64,000 nt of DNA from NCBI GenBank assembly GCA_965249275.1, contig CBDFLQ010000007.1, positions 736,001 through 800,000 of the forward strand. Reading direction: 5' to 3'. Shown one piece after another: positions 27,181 through 36,485 of this stretch. The translations under genes and the position numbers were made by a program. The notes beneath the pieces are model-generated. The model was not told the origin of the DNA and made no database searches. It worked only from the letters and a program-made list of their open reading frames with translations. Position 1 is the first letter of the stretch. The number at the start of each line of letters is the position of its first letter. The DNA is from Dehalococcoidia bacterium (GTDB lineage Bacteria > Chloroflexota > Dehalococcoidia > Plut-88900).

Positions 27181-28221
27181 CTAGAGAGGCAGGGTCACGG
27201 CCTTCCGCATCTGTGCACTTCGGGTGACGGCCTCAGTGAACTCCATGTACTTGACCCCGTCTTCGAACGAGGTCAGTTTGATCTTCTCCTGCCCTCGTAT
27301 GGCGCCGATGAACTCGTCTTCCACCCGCCAGCTCCCGCGCTTTTCCGGGGCTATGGCTATCTCCTTCAACTCGGAATCGCCCTTACGACCTCCCATGAGA
27401 GTCTGCCCTGTCTTGTCGATGAACAGGCTCCCCTCCGAGCCGTTTATCCAGATGCCCGACTCCTGCCCTAGCCCGATAACCGAGCTAATCCTTATCCGGG
27501 CCTGGCCCCCGATGGCCATGCGGCAAAGCACGTCCGCATGATCGGGTACGGTGATGAAGGCTGGGTTGCCGTCTTCGTCATGGCGCACGGGAACGTTCAC
27601 GGAGGTCATCGCGATGACTTCCGAGGCTGGGCCGACCCACCGCAAAAGGGCCTCGTACCAGATACCCATGTGCATTATGTTGAGCCCGCTGAGCCCCATG
27701 TCCTGCCTCCAGGATATGGGAGCTTCCCGTTCCAGGAACTGGTTGCCGTTCACGTTCATGTCGATGGCCACTAAATCCCCGAGATAACCATCTGCCACCA
27801 GGGAACTAATGGTCTCATCAAGAGCAAAGGTGAAGGGAGAGGGAACGATCTGGGTCACGAGTCCGGGGCTGGCGTTGGCAGCATCCAGCATGTCATGGGC
27901 CTCGCCGGCATTCATGGCCATGCGCGCCTCAGTCATAACATGTTTTTCGTTGTCCAAAGAGGCCAAGGTCATTGGACAGTGCAGGTACGGCCAGGTGCCG
28001 ATGCAGACGGCGTCAATATCGTCGTCCGCAACGAGGTCTTGCCAGTTCTCAATGACTTTGGGGATGCCGAACTGGTCGGCTACCCTCTGGCTGGATTCCA
28101 GGGACTGGTTGCAAACACTGACCACCTCGACGCCGTCGATGGCCTGGAAGCCGGGGATGTGTCGGTCCCTCGTGTTCTTCCCTGCCCCGATCAGGCCGAT
28201 TCTTATCGAACTCGCTGCCAT
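27181..28221 (-). CDS. Gfo/Idh/MocA oxidoreductase
   Basis: IGLIGAG, IDAV.IGT...H and KHV.TE motifs. Confidence 0.9.
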   Translation of the reverse strand: MAASSIRIGLIGAGKNTRDRHIPGFQAIDGVEVVSVCNQSLESSQRVADQFGIPKVIENWQDLVADDDIDAVCIGTWPYLHCPMTLASLDNEKHVMTEARMAMNAGEAHDMLDAANASPGLVTQIVPSPFTFALDETISSLVADGYLGDLVAIDMNVNGNQFLEREAPISWRQDMGLSGLNIMHMGIWYEALLRWVGPASEVIAMTSVNVPVRHDEDGNPAFITVPDHADVLCRMAIGGQARIRISSVIGLGQESGIWINGSEGSLFIDKTGQTLMGGRKGDSELKEIAIAPEKRGSWRVEDEFIGAIRGQEKIKLTSFEDGVKYMEFTEAVTRSAQMRKAVTLPL

Positions 28222-28416
28222 AATAGGTTTCCTCCAGGGGACAAATAGACGGGTTTGCCCGCTAGCGCAGGCGGGCCGATTATAGCACGGGCCCTACTCT
28301 GTTTTACCTGTGTAGGTACATGTGTATGAATGGTCTTTGGCATGAGGGATTGTTAGACTGTGAGGACTTCGTGGCCGGCAAACTTTAGGCCGCTGAAGCA
28401 AAGGTGGAAAGCACAC

Positions 28417-28878
28417 ATGAGTTTGCAATTCGCAACGAAGAACGTCGAGGCTCAGCCCATTTTGGGGATACGCACATCGGTGAAGATGGAAGAGATCGGC
28501 CAAGTGTTGGGCTCTCTTTTCGGGGAAGTGTATGGATATATAAAAGAGAAAGGTCAGGAACCGGCCGGCATGCCCCATTCGATCTATTATTCGATGGATG
28601 GCGACAGCATTGACCTCCAATGCGGTATGCCGGTGCAGTCTCCGATAGAGAGAGGGGACCGCATCCAAGCCGGCGAACTTCCAGCGGGTACCGTTGCGAC
28701 AGTCACACATGCGGGCCCCTACGAGGGACTTCCCAAAACATGGCAAGCGCTCGTGGAGTGGATAGGCTCGCAGGGGCTCCAGCCTACGGGTGCACCATGG
28801 GAAGTGTACGTAACCGATCCCGGGGCAGAGCCAGATCAGTCCAAATGGCGAACCGACCTCTACTTTCCAGTGAGCTGA
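28417..28878 (+). CDS. GyrI-like small-molecule-binding protein
   Basis: LPAG.VA...H.GPY..L and PWE.Y..DP...RT...PV motifs. Confidence 0.88.
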   Translation: MSLQFATKNVEAQPILGIRTSVKMEEIGQVLGSLFGEVYGYIKEKGQEPAGMPHSIYYSMDGDSIDLQCGMPVQSPIERGDRIQAGELPAGTVATVTHAGPYEGLPKTWQALVEWIGSQGLQPTGAPWEVYVTDPGAEPDQSKWRTDLYFPVS

Positions 28879-28991
28879 TCAGCGTTAAGCCAAGACTGCC
28901 AGGGGTGAACTCAACTTCTTTTGCTGGTATCCACCCACACCTGATGGCCTCTTCACGCAAGGAATAAGACAACCCGAAGCACCTTATTGCA

Positions 28992-29192
28992 ATGGAAATT
29001 TCCAGGGGAGCAGTAGCTCTCTTTGTCTTACTAGTCGCCTGGGTCCTGTGCGGAATACTCTGGACTATTGGAGTAGCCGTGGTTATCTACGGCGTGCTTT
29101 GGTGGGGAATCGGGTACCTCGGCCTGGGACTGCTCTTAGCAGTGGCTGGTTCGATATGGGCCTACAGGATCAACAGAGGGCCCAGTAAGTAA
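28992..29192 (+). CDS. Small two-TM membrane protein, hypothetical
   Basis: 66-aa ORF, almost entirely hydrophobic. Confidence 0.5.
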   Translation: MEISRGAVALFVLLVAWVLCGILWTIGVAVVIYGVLWWGIGYLGLGLLLAVAGSIWAYRINRGPSK

Positions 29193-29280
29193 GTCTTGCA
29201 AGGGATCGAAGCGTGCCTACATTCCCCATTTTGTTAGAATATACATAAGGCGTCCCATCCATGAATTAGGAGGAATCTCA

Positions 29281-29400
29281 ATGGCTACTACACAATGTGC
29301 GGCTTGCAATAGAAAGTTTGAAGCGCAATTGATGCAGTTGAACAACCAGATGTATTGCGTCGACTGCTTCAACGCGGTTAAGGCCAAGGAGAAATCGTAG
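29281..29400 (+). CDS. 39-aa Cys4 zinc-finger microprotein (absent from the ORF track)
   Basis: AGGAGG-7 nt-ATG; MATTQCAACNRKFEAQLMQLNNQMYCVDCFNAVKAKEKS; followed by hairpins. Confidence 0.75.
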   Translation: MATTQCAACNRKFEAQLMQLNNQMYCVDCFNAVKAKEKS

Positions 29401-29436
29401 TAAAACAATAGAACGGAAACGTTCTACAAGCCCATT

Positions 29437-29482
29437 ATCAGCCGGTGGTTGTCAATGACAACCACCGGCTGATTTGTATTTG
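29437..29482 (+). terminator. Intrinsic terminator (18-bp perfect inverted repeat)
   Basis: ATCAGCCGGTGGTTGTCA-A-TGACAACCACCGGCTGAT followed by TTGTATTT. Confidence 0.75.
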
Positions 29483-29589
29483 CAAATATTAGGTTTTCAT
29501 CCTAGTTTTTGACAGATTATTGACGAATTCTTGAACCGAATCTAAAATTGCCATAGGTATTCTTTCTTTTATCAGTCTCGTAAAGGGGG

Positions 29590-31077
29590 TTGCAGGTGGA
29601 AAAGATAGTAGATGTCCAAATCAACAAGACCAATGCCCTTATCACCCTTGGCTCCATGTACCGGAGCGCTGCGGATGCCATAAAGGAGTACGTCAGCAAC
29701 GCCTTGGACGAATGGGCAATAGCCCGCTCCGAGGGCCGTGGCGAGGAGCAGTGCCGGGTCGTCTTCACACTCGAAAAGAAGGCCATCACCATCGACTACA
29801 ACGCTCCCGGCATGGACGCCGAAGGCTTTGAGAATGCTCTGAGACATGTGGTCGACTCGGCGAAAAGGGGCTCCAGCATCCCGCAAATCGGGCGGCTTGG
29901 CATAGGGCTTTGGGCTTTCAACCAGGTCGGGACCAAGGCAACGTTCCTGAGCAAGCGTTCAGCGGAATCTCCAACCCTCAAGGTCATCCTGTCCCGAGAT
30001 TCAGCCGAGGCTCAAATCGCCGACCCGGGCCCCGGTGAACAACGCTCCAGGCCCGGCATGACAATCGAAATCACCGGCCTTTTCCAAGACCCGACCCGCC
30101 GCTACGGACCACTTTCCCAAGCCCGGCTCAAGCACGTTTTGGCAGACAGGTTTGACGTGTACCTCAGGACCGGGCATCTAACGATCACCATCAAGACGGC
30201 CAAGGGAGACTCAGAGGTGACTCCGGTTCAACTGGACTTACCGGAGATCGGGAATAAGTTCCAGGAGATGCACCTTCCCGGCGAGCCCGACAAGGTCTTC
30301 AGGACCCGCTTCTGGTTCGACCCTTCGGGTCAGGGGCGGGTGGCCATGCGCCACACGGGTGTCGTAATCATCGAAGACATACGGGAACTGTACGAGTATG
30401 AGATGAAAGGCAGCATCCTGGTAAGCGGCCTGATCAAGGGCTTCGTGGACGCCGAGTTCCTGTCTCCCCTCCCCGCTCGGGCCCAGTTCTTCGAAGATGA
30501 TAGCCTGACCAAGTTGTTGGACTCCCTCCAGGGGATCGGCGCCGAGCTGGACAAGGAGATCACGGGATTCCGGGACGAAGCGGACAACGCACGGGTCCAG
30601 GCCCTTTTCGGTCGGGCGACGCGCCTGGCCCGGGAGATCTTTAGCCAGGAAGAGTTCCTGGATCTCGAGCTTATCGATGGCCTGCGCAGAGTCAGCAATC
30701 CGAAGGGAGATGACCACGTAGTGAATGGGGACGCAGCCAAGGAGGCTGAAGCCAACGGAAACGGGACCAATGGTCACAAGGGGCACGGCGGCAACGGGCA
30801 CAGCCGCAGGGCCGCTCGGGCCATAATCCGCCGCTCCGATTTCGGCGGGGACGTTCGACACCGCAGCCGGCTCAACGACGGCGCCATCGAGATCAATATC
30901 AACAACCCCGACTTCCTGGCCCTCTCCCGGGTGCCTCGTTCCCACCAAATAGCCTACGTAGCCATGCTCCTGGGCAAGGAGATAATCGCCTACAACGACT
31001 CCAGCCGCGCCAGTGACGAGGCCCTGGAGAAAATGGCAGCCTACGGGACTCGGGTCCTGTCCAAGGTGTGGAAGTAG
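29590..31077 (+). CDS. GHKL (HATPase_c_3/MORC-like) ATP-binding protein
   Basis: AIKEYVSNALD (N box), PGM, and S.K..IGRLGIG (G2 box). Confidence 0.75.
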   Translation: MQVEKIVDVQINKTNALITLGSMYRSAADAIKEYVSNALDEWAIARSEGRGEEQCRVVFTLEKKAITIDYNAPGMDAEGFENALRHVVDSAKRGSSIPQIGRLGIGLWAFNQVGTKATFLSKRSAESPTLKVILSRDSAEAQIADPGPGEQRSRPGMTIEITGLFQDPTRRYGPLSQARLKHVLADRFDVYLRTGHLTITIKTAKGDSEVTPVQLDLPEIGNKFQEMHLPGEPDKVFRTRFWFDPSGQGRVAMRHTGVVIIEDIRELYEYEMKGSILVSGLIKGFVDAEFLSPLPARAQFFEDDSLTKLLDSLQGIGAELDKEITGFRDEADNARVQALFGRATRLAREIFSQEEFLDLELIDGLRRVSNPKGDDHVVNGDAAKEAEANGNGTNGHKGHGGNGHSRRAARAIIRRSDFGGDVRHRSRLNDGAIEININNPDFLALSRVPRSHQIAYVAMLLGKEIIAYNDSSRASDEALEKMAAYGTRVLSKVWK

Positions 31078-31106
31078 CGCCCTGGACGGGGCTGCCCTAT
31101 CGCCCC

Positions 31107-31153
31107 AAAAAGAAAACATCGCTGCGGTTAGATTAGCCGACCGCAGCGATGTT
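31107..31153. terminator. Terminator between convergent genes
   Basis: AACATCGCTGCGGT/ACCGCAGCGATGTT stem; T-tract on the minus strand. Confidence 0.7.
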
Positions 31154-31167
31154 AGTTTAAGTCCCCT

Positions 31168-31620
31168 TTACTTGCCTTTGGTCTGGGAAAGGCTTGAAGC
31201 CCAGGACTCGACCAGGTCCAGTCTGGACTGGACGAGATCGTGGTCCAGGTCTCGGGCGACGTTGGAATATCCGGCGCGGACGAGCATAGGCACCATGCGG
31301 CTGCGCAGCTTATTGAGGGCCCAGGGTATGGGCGCACCGTCAGCCGTGCAGTCGAGAAAAAGGCGTTCGTCCCGGCCGTCGGGGCCGTAGTGGTAGTGGG
31401 GCGCATCGACGAAACAGTCGAACCTGAGCAACTCGGTGCGCTTGCCTTCCAGGTCGGCGTAGACGTGGATGGCGACGCCCTCGTCCCCTGCAAAGTGCCG
31501 GTAGTCGAGTCCGAAGTCTATGCTCCCCGCGGTGATGGTCTCCATCTCACCGACTACAAATTCCTGGTCCATGTGTTGGTCTGCTACTTCTTGCATCGGC
31601 CCTACCTCCATCGGAATCAT
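31168..31620 (-). CDS. Hypothetical protein (LRFDCF..PHYHY motif)
   Basis: Globular 150-aa ORF filling the gap between convergent genes; function not recognised. Confidence 0.7.
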   Translation of the reverse strand: MIPMEVGPMQEVADQHMDQEFVVGEMETITAGSIDFGLDYRHFAGDEGVAIHVYADLEGKRTELLRFDCFVDAPHYHYGPDGRDERLFLDCTADGAPIPWALNKLRSRMVPMLVRAGYSNVARDLDHDLVQSRLDLVESWASSLSQTKGK

Positions 31621-31692
31621 GATTGCCTGGGACGCCCAGTCAAATGATGCACCAGCATAATTTCTCAGTCAAGGAAAAGAAAGAGGACGGGA

Positions 31693-32667
31693 CTAGAACC
31701 CCTTGCGTTTGTCTATAACTCCCGTGAGCGATCGACCTTCCAGATACCGGGTCAAATTATCGCAAAAGACGTCCACTATGCGTGCAACTCGGACCGGAGA
31801 CCCGCCCGCTGTGTGGGGAGTGACCACCACGTTCTCCATGTTCCACAGAGGATGGTCGTCGGAGAGGGGTTCGCCGGGGGACGTGTCGAGGCCCGCGCCC
31901 CCTATTGCACCATTCTCCAGCGCTTCCAGCAACGACGGCCCATCGACTATGTTGCCCCGGGTCACGTTTATAAGCAGGGCATGATTGCGCATGTGAGAAA
32001 AGGCCTTGGCATTAAACACGCCCCTCGTCTCTTGAGTCAAGGGCAAGCAGATTACCACGATGTCCGACACCTCAAGCAGGTCGTAGAACCGGTCAAGGGG
32101 CCAGACATCCTCCACGAAGGATGGCTTATTCACATTTTCCGAGTCCAGTGCCAAGGTTCGCATCCCGAACCCCTGGGCCCGACGCGCCACCTCGACGCCC
32201 GTGCCTCCAAGCCCAAACACGCCAAGGGTCATGCCCGCCAGTTCCCATGACCGGGCTCGGATTGGCATTCGGACACTCCATGTCTTCTCCCTGAGAGCAG
32301 TGTGTATGCCCCGGGTAAGAGCCAGGATCAGGGCCCAGGCGTGGTCGGCCAGGTGGGTTCCGACGGTCCCCTTGGCGCTGGTAAGGATGATACCGCTCTC
32401 CACGAAATCGTCGAAGAGCACACCGTCGATGCCCGAGCCTATGGACTGGACCCAGCGAAGGTTCTGTGCCTCGGCGAACATGGCCGGGGAGAAGTCTCCG
32501 AAGACGACCTCCGTGTCACGTATCTCGGACTGAGTTTCCTCGGCCGTCTGGGGGACCACTATGTCGACATCTTCCGAAACGGCCTGGATTTTGCTCAAGT
32601 ATTCTTGGGTGAAGCCTTCTGAAACGACGACATTCTCTTCCAGGCGCACGTTGATCATCAATTTCAT
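31693..32667 (-). CDS. D-2-hydroxyacid dehydrogenase family
   Basis: G.GG.G, LPLT..T, IN..RG, AGLD and TPH.AG motifs. Confidence 0.92.
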   Translation of the reverse strand: MKLMINVRLEENVVVSEGFTQEYLSKIQAVSEDVDIVVPQTAEETQSEIRDTEVVFGDFSPAMFAEAQNLRWVQSIGSGIDGVLFDDFVESGIILTSAKGTVGTHLADHAWALILALTRGIHTALREKTWSVRMPIRARSWELAGMTLGVFGLGGTGVEVARRAQGFGMRTLALDSENVNKPSFVEDVWPLDRFYDLLEVSDIVVICLPLTQETRGVFNAKAFSHMRNHALLINVTRGNIVDGPSLLEALENGAIGGAGLDTSPGEPLSDDHPLWNMENVVVTPHTAGGSPVRVARIVDVFCDNLTRYLEGRSLTGVIDKRKGF

Positions 32668-32700
32668 TTTCGTTCCTCTGTAGGCGAGTCGGGAGAAGGG

Positions 32701-33906
32701 TTAGGCGCCAAGGGCCCCGGCCTCTTCAAATACGGTCGCTAAGCGGGAGATGCCCTCCCGAATCGTCTCTTCATCCTGGTGGCCGAAAGCAAGTCTCAGG
32801 AAATTCCTACCCTTCCCCGACGGCGAAAATATGGGGCCCGCTCCAAACCTGATTCCCTGCTCTTTCGCCTTCTCCAATACCGGCATGACGTCGGTCCGTT
32901 CCGGGAAGCGGAGCCAGATGAACATGCCGCCCGGGGGATGAGAGCATTCCACGGCGGGCCCGAAACTTTCGCCGATGGCCGCAAGCATCACGTCTCGCCG
33001 CGACTTGTACAGCTGCGACACTTCATTTACGTGCTTGTCCCGGTGCTCTTCCAGGTAGTGGAGTGCAGCCAGGATAGAGAACTGGCTCGGGGTTGCACCT
33101 TGCTGGAGAGTGCCCACCCTTTCGGTGATCTCCGGCGGCGCTACTATCCAACCCAACCGCATCCCCGGCCCGATTATCTTGGACGAAGACCCGCAGTACA
33201 TCACCGACCCCGTATCGTCCATCGAGTGGATGGCTGGCTTGTTTTCGCCCTCGAACCGCAAGTCCGCGTAACAGTCGTCCTCGAATATGGGGACGCCGTG
33301 TCTCCGTCCAACGTCCAGGATTTGCGCCCGGCGCTCGGCGCCCATGTCCTGGCCTGTCGGGTTCTGGAAGGTAGGAACGGTGTAAATGTACTTGACCCGT
33401 TCACCGGCAGCCTTCAGCTCCACTATCTTCTCTTCCAGCAGATGGGGGTGCATTCCCTCGTCATCTCCACTCACTTCCACAATGTTGGCCTGGAACCGGC
33501 GCATCACCCGGATAGTGCCGTTGTATATGAACTCGTCGGTCAGTACCGTGTCGCCGGGATCGAGGAACAGTTCATTGAGCAGAACCAAGGCCTGCATGGA
33601 ACCCGCAGTCAGAGTGACGTCCTCCGCCTCGACCTTCATCCCCCTGTTCCGCGACAGGTTCTCTGCGACCAACCGACGCATGCCCGGATGCCCCTGTGGA
33701 TGAGGGTAGATGGCCAAGTCTTTCGCCTCCTCATCTAACCCCTTCTGCAAAGCCCGTACTAGATCTTTCGACGGGAACGTCTCTCCATCAGCGAAGGCTA
33801 TGGCGAAGTCATACTTGAAGCGCAGCGCCAGCGGGTTAACGGCATCGGGCTTGGGGGGAGTTGTTGAGGCGAATAGGGATTCGTAGTCGGGATGAGAGGC
33901 GGTCAT
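32701..33906 (-). CDS. PLP-dependent aminotransferase class I/II (LysN-like)
   Basis: YTVPTFQNPTG, EDD.Y and S.SK...PGMRLGW motifs. Confidence 0.92.
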   Translation of the reverse strand: MTASHPDYESLFASTTPPKPDAVNPLALRFKYDFAIAFADGETFPSKDLVRALQKGLDEEAKDLAIYPHPQGHPGMRRLVAENLSRNRGMKVEAEDVTLTAGSMQALVLLNELFLDPGDTVLTDEFIYNGTIRVMRRFQANIVEVSGDDEGMHPHLLEEKIVELKAAGERVKYIYTVPTFQNPTGQDMGAERRAQILDVGRRHGVPIFEDDCYADLRFEGENKPAIHSMDDTGSVMYCGSSSKIIGPGMRLGWIVAPPEITERVGTLQQGATPSQFSILAALHYLEEHRDKHVNEVSQLYKSRRDVMLAAIGESFGPAVECSHPPGGMFIWLRFPERTDVMPVLEKAKEQGIRFGAGPIFSPSGKGRNFLRLAFGHQDEETIREGISRLATVFEEAGALGA

Positions 33907-34057
33907 GTCACACTCCTATACAGACGGGTGCGGATTACATCCTCCCGCCATCTGAAGGCCGGGCCTCGGTTATACTACCATCATTGCCGTTTATCCTCCT
34001 CCCTTCATTTGACAATAAAGACGGCTGACCCTAGACTTTTCATCAAAGGAAATCAAA

Positions 34058-34150
34058 ACAAGGGGAGCTTGGAGAGCCAGGCTGAGAGGGCGGCCCAATA
34101 GATGCCGCCGACCCCTATGACCTGAACTGGGTAATGCCAGCGGAGGGACG
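34058..34150 (+). ncRNA. TPP riboswitch (THI box)
   Basis: GGGG..GGCTGAGA..GACCC..ACCTGAACTGGGTAATGCCAGCGGAGGGA directly upstream of thiG. Confidence 0.95.
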
Positions 34151-34162
34151 GGTATCGGACGC

Positions 34163-34194
34163 AAATGCCGCCTCCAGTAGGCGGCATTTTTGTT
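34163..34194 (+). terminator. Riboswitch expression-platform terminator
   Basis: AAATGCCGCCT-CCAGT-AGGCGGCATTT-TTGTT. Confidence 0.85.
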
Positions 34195-34233
34195 ATAGGG
34201 CCGACTTTCGGCCCATCAGGGGAGGGTGCAGAA

Positions 34234-35013
34234 TTGAAAAGGGACGACACCCTGACAATCGGGGAGCGGACTTTCAAGTCCAGGCTCATCCTGGGCACGG
34301 GGAAGTACCGCAATTATGAGGAGATGAACGCTTCCTTCGAAGCCTCGGGGGCGGAGATGATTACGGTTGCCCTTCGCAGGCTCGACCTGGACGACCCGTC
34401 ACAGAAGACGCTCCTGGACTACATCGACTGGAACAAGTACGTAATATTGCCCAACACCGCCGGGGCCCGGACCGCCGAGGAGGCTATCAGGACTGCTCGC
34501 CTGGCCAGGGCCATGGGCCTCTCCGACCTGGTAAAGCTGGAAGTTATCCCCGACTCCAAATATCTCCTGCCCGACCCAATCGGCACACTTGAAGCCGCCC
34601 GCGTCCTCGTCGATGAAGGTTTTGTGGTCCTGCCGTATATCAACGCCGATCCGGTACTCGCCATGCGTCTTCAGGAATTGGGCACGGCTACGGTGATGCC
34701 GTTGGCCTCACCTATAGGCTCGGGGCAAGGGATGGTCACCTTCGACCAGATAAAGATCATCATCGAGCAGGCGACGGTGCCTGTTGTCGTAGATGCGGGC
34801 ATAGGCGCTCCCTCCGATGCAGCAATTGCAATGGAAATGGGAGCTGATGCGTGCCTTGTGAACACCGCCGTGGCCCAGGCTGGAAACCCGGCCTTGATGG
34901 CCGAGGCGATGGCCCAGGCCGTCCAGGCAGGCCGAAGCGCTTTCCTGGCCGGACGCATGCCCAAGAAAGAATATGCCTCGGCCAGCAGTCCCCTGGAAGG
35001 GGTTATACGCTAA
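34234..35013 (+). CDS. thiG: Thiazole synthase
   Basis: SRL.LGTGKY, LPNTAG, KLEV, MPL.SPIGSG.G, VDAGIG.PSDA and ASSP motifs. Confidence 0.96.
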   Translation: MKRDDTLTIGERTFKSRLILGTGKYRNYEEMNASFEASGAEMITVALRRLDLDDPSQKTLLDYIDWNKYVILPNTAGARTAEEAIRTARLARAMGLSDLVKLEVIPDSKYLLPDPIGTLEAARVLVDEGFVVLPYINADPVLAMRLQELGTATVMPLASPIGSGQGMVTFDQIKIIIEQATVPVVVDAGIGAPSDAAIAMEMGADACLVNTAVAQAGNPALMAEAMAQAVQAGRSAFLAGRMPKKEYASASSPLEGVIR

Positions 35014-35100
35014 GGCCATTCCCTGCCGAAGGTGCTATCATGGCGCCGACTTTGTTTTAGCGGGTCTCGCCGCCCGAATAGTCCCTACAGGGAGGTCTCC

Positions 35101-36252
35101 GTGGCCAATTCATCCGACGTGCTGATAGCCGGTGGTGGAATAATCGGCTGCTCCATCGCCTATCATCTCGCTCAGCTGGGCATCAAAAGCACAATTATCG
35201 AACGGGAGTCCATAGGGAGCCAGGCCTCGGGGGCCGCAACCGGCCTGCTGGTTGCCCTGAAAGAGGCCGGAGCCCCGGAACCTTTCACCCGTCTCATCGA
35301 GGAGAGCTGCAAGCGCCATAAGGAGATCATCCCCGAGGTAGAAGAGCTTTCCAAGATCGACGCACAGTACGGGGACTTCGCCTGGATGGAAATCGCCTGC
35401 TCGGACAGCGAAGAGTCGGACCTCAAGGAAGCTTTCTCCGAGGTGCTTAACAGTCCCGCAGCGTCCTGGCTCTCGGAGTCGGACTTGAGAGAGCTTGAGT
35501 CCCGCGTAACCCAGGATGCCATCGGCGGCATATACATCGACGGGCAGGCACAGGTGGACGCCTACCGGCTGACCTTCGCCTTCGCCCAGGCCGCCGAGGC
35601 ACTCGGCGTCACTATCCGCTACGGCGAGGTTACGGGGCTCAGGACCGAGGCAGGACGAGTCAAAGGGCTGGACACCTCTCTCGGGCCCATAGACTCGGAC
35701 ACCGTAGTCCTGGCCATCGGCTCCTGGAGCAAGCGCATCGAGGAATGGATCGGCATGGACGTCCCCGTGGAGCCCCTGAAGGGGCAGACCATTCATGTCG
35801 AGATACCGGGCGCCCCACTCCCCTGCATGATCCACCACGTTGACCGGTACGTAGCCCCGAAGCTCGGCGGCACGGTTATCACCGGAACCTACGACGGCTT
35901 TATGGGTTTCGACACCACCATCCACGAGCAGGGCATCGTCAAGATCTCCGAGGGCGTCCTGAGCCTGTGCCCCGGCATCCTGGAGAGCAAGGTGGTAAGC
36001 CACGTGACCGGCCTGCGGCCCGCCTCCGCAGATTGGCTCCCGATCCTCGGGGCCGTGCCCTCCATAGAGGGCGCATACATAGCCACGGGGCACCAGCGTC
36101 TCGGCATCACCCTCAGCGCAATCACCGGCGAGGTAATGTCCCAGCTCATTAACGACGGCAAGCCCCGGCTCGATCTTCATCCCTTCCGGCTGGACAGGTT
36201 CGAAGGCGTCACAATGGAAATGGCCAGGGACCGCTTCGGGGCCGTCCACTGA
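35101..36252 (+). CDS. Glycine oxidase ThiO-like (paralog 1)
   Basis: GGGIIG.SIAY.LA, AS.AA.G, P.KGQ, GLRP and GH.R.GI.L motifs; inside the thi operon. Confidence 0.85.
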   Translation: MANSSDVLIAGGGIIGCSIAYHLAQLGIKSTIIERESIGSQASGAATGLLVALKEAGAPEPFTRLIEESCKRHKEIIPEVEELSKIDAQYGDFAWMEIACSDSEESDLKEAFSEVLNSPAASWLSESDLRELESRVTQDAIGGIYIDGQAQVDAYRLTFAFAQAAEALGVTIRYGEVTGLRTEAGRVKGLDTSLGPIDSDTVVLAIGSWSKRIEEWIGMDVPVEPLKGQTIHVEIPGAPLPCMIHHVDRYVAPKLGGTVITGTYDGFMGFDTTIHEQGIVKISEGVLSLCPGILESKVVSHVTGLRPASADWLPILGAVPSIEGAYIATGHQRLGITLSAITGEVMSQLINDGKPRLDLHPFRLDRFEGVTMEMARDRFGAVH

Positions 36253-36263
36253 TAGCCGGACCT

Positions 36264-36485
36264 ATGGCAACTCTCCTTGTAAACGGAAAACGCCGAGAAG
36301 TGGAGACGCCTGTCGACCTCTTGGGTTATCTGGCGTCACACAAGATTGAGCCGCGCATGATAGTCATCGAATACAACGGTGAAATCATCAAGCGGGACCG
36401 CTGGGAGGGGATTACCCTTCAGGATGGTGACAAGCTGGAAATAGTGCACATGGTGGCCGGGGGCGCCGGCCCGAGGTCCCAATGA
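36264..36485 (+). CDS. thiS: Sulfur carrier ThiS with C-terminal extension
   Basis: VNG, E.NG.I and L.DGD.LEIV..V.GG followed by AGPRSQ. Confidence 0.9.
   Translation: MATLLVNGKRREVETPVDLLGYLASHKIEPRMIVIEYNGEIIKRDRWEGITLQDGDKLEIVHMVAGGAGPRSQ

Noticed and set aside
29409-29426. LexA box GAAC...GTTC
   Set aside because: The spacer is 6 nt rather than 4; better explained as a GAAA-tetraloop hairpin.
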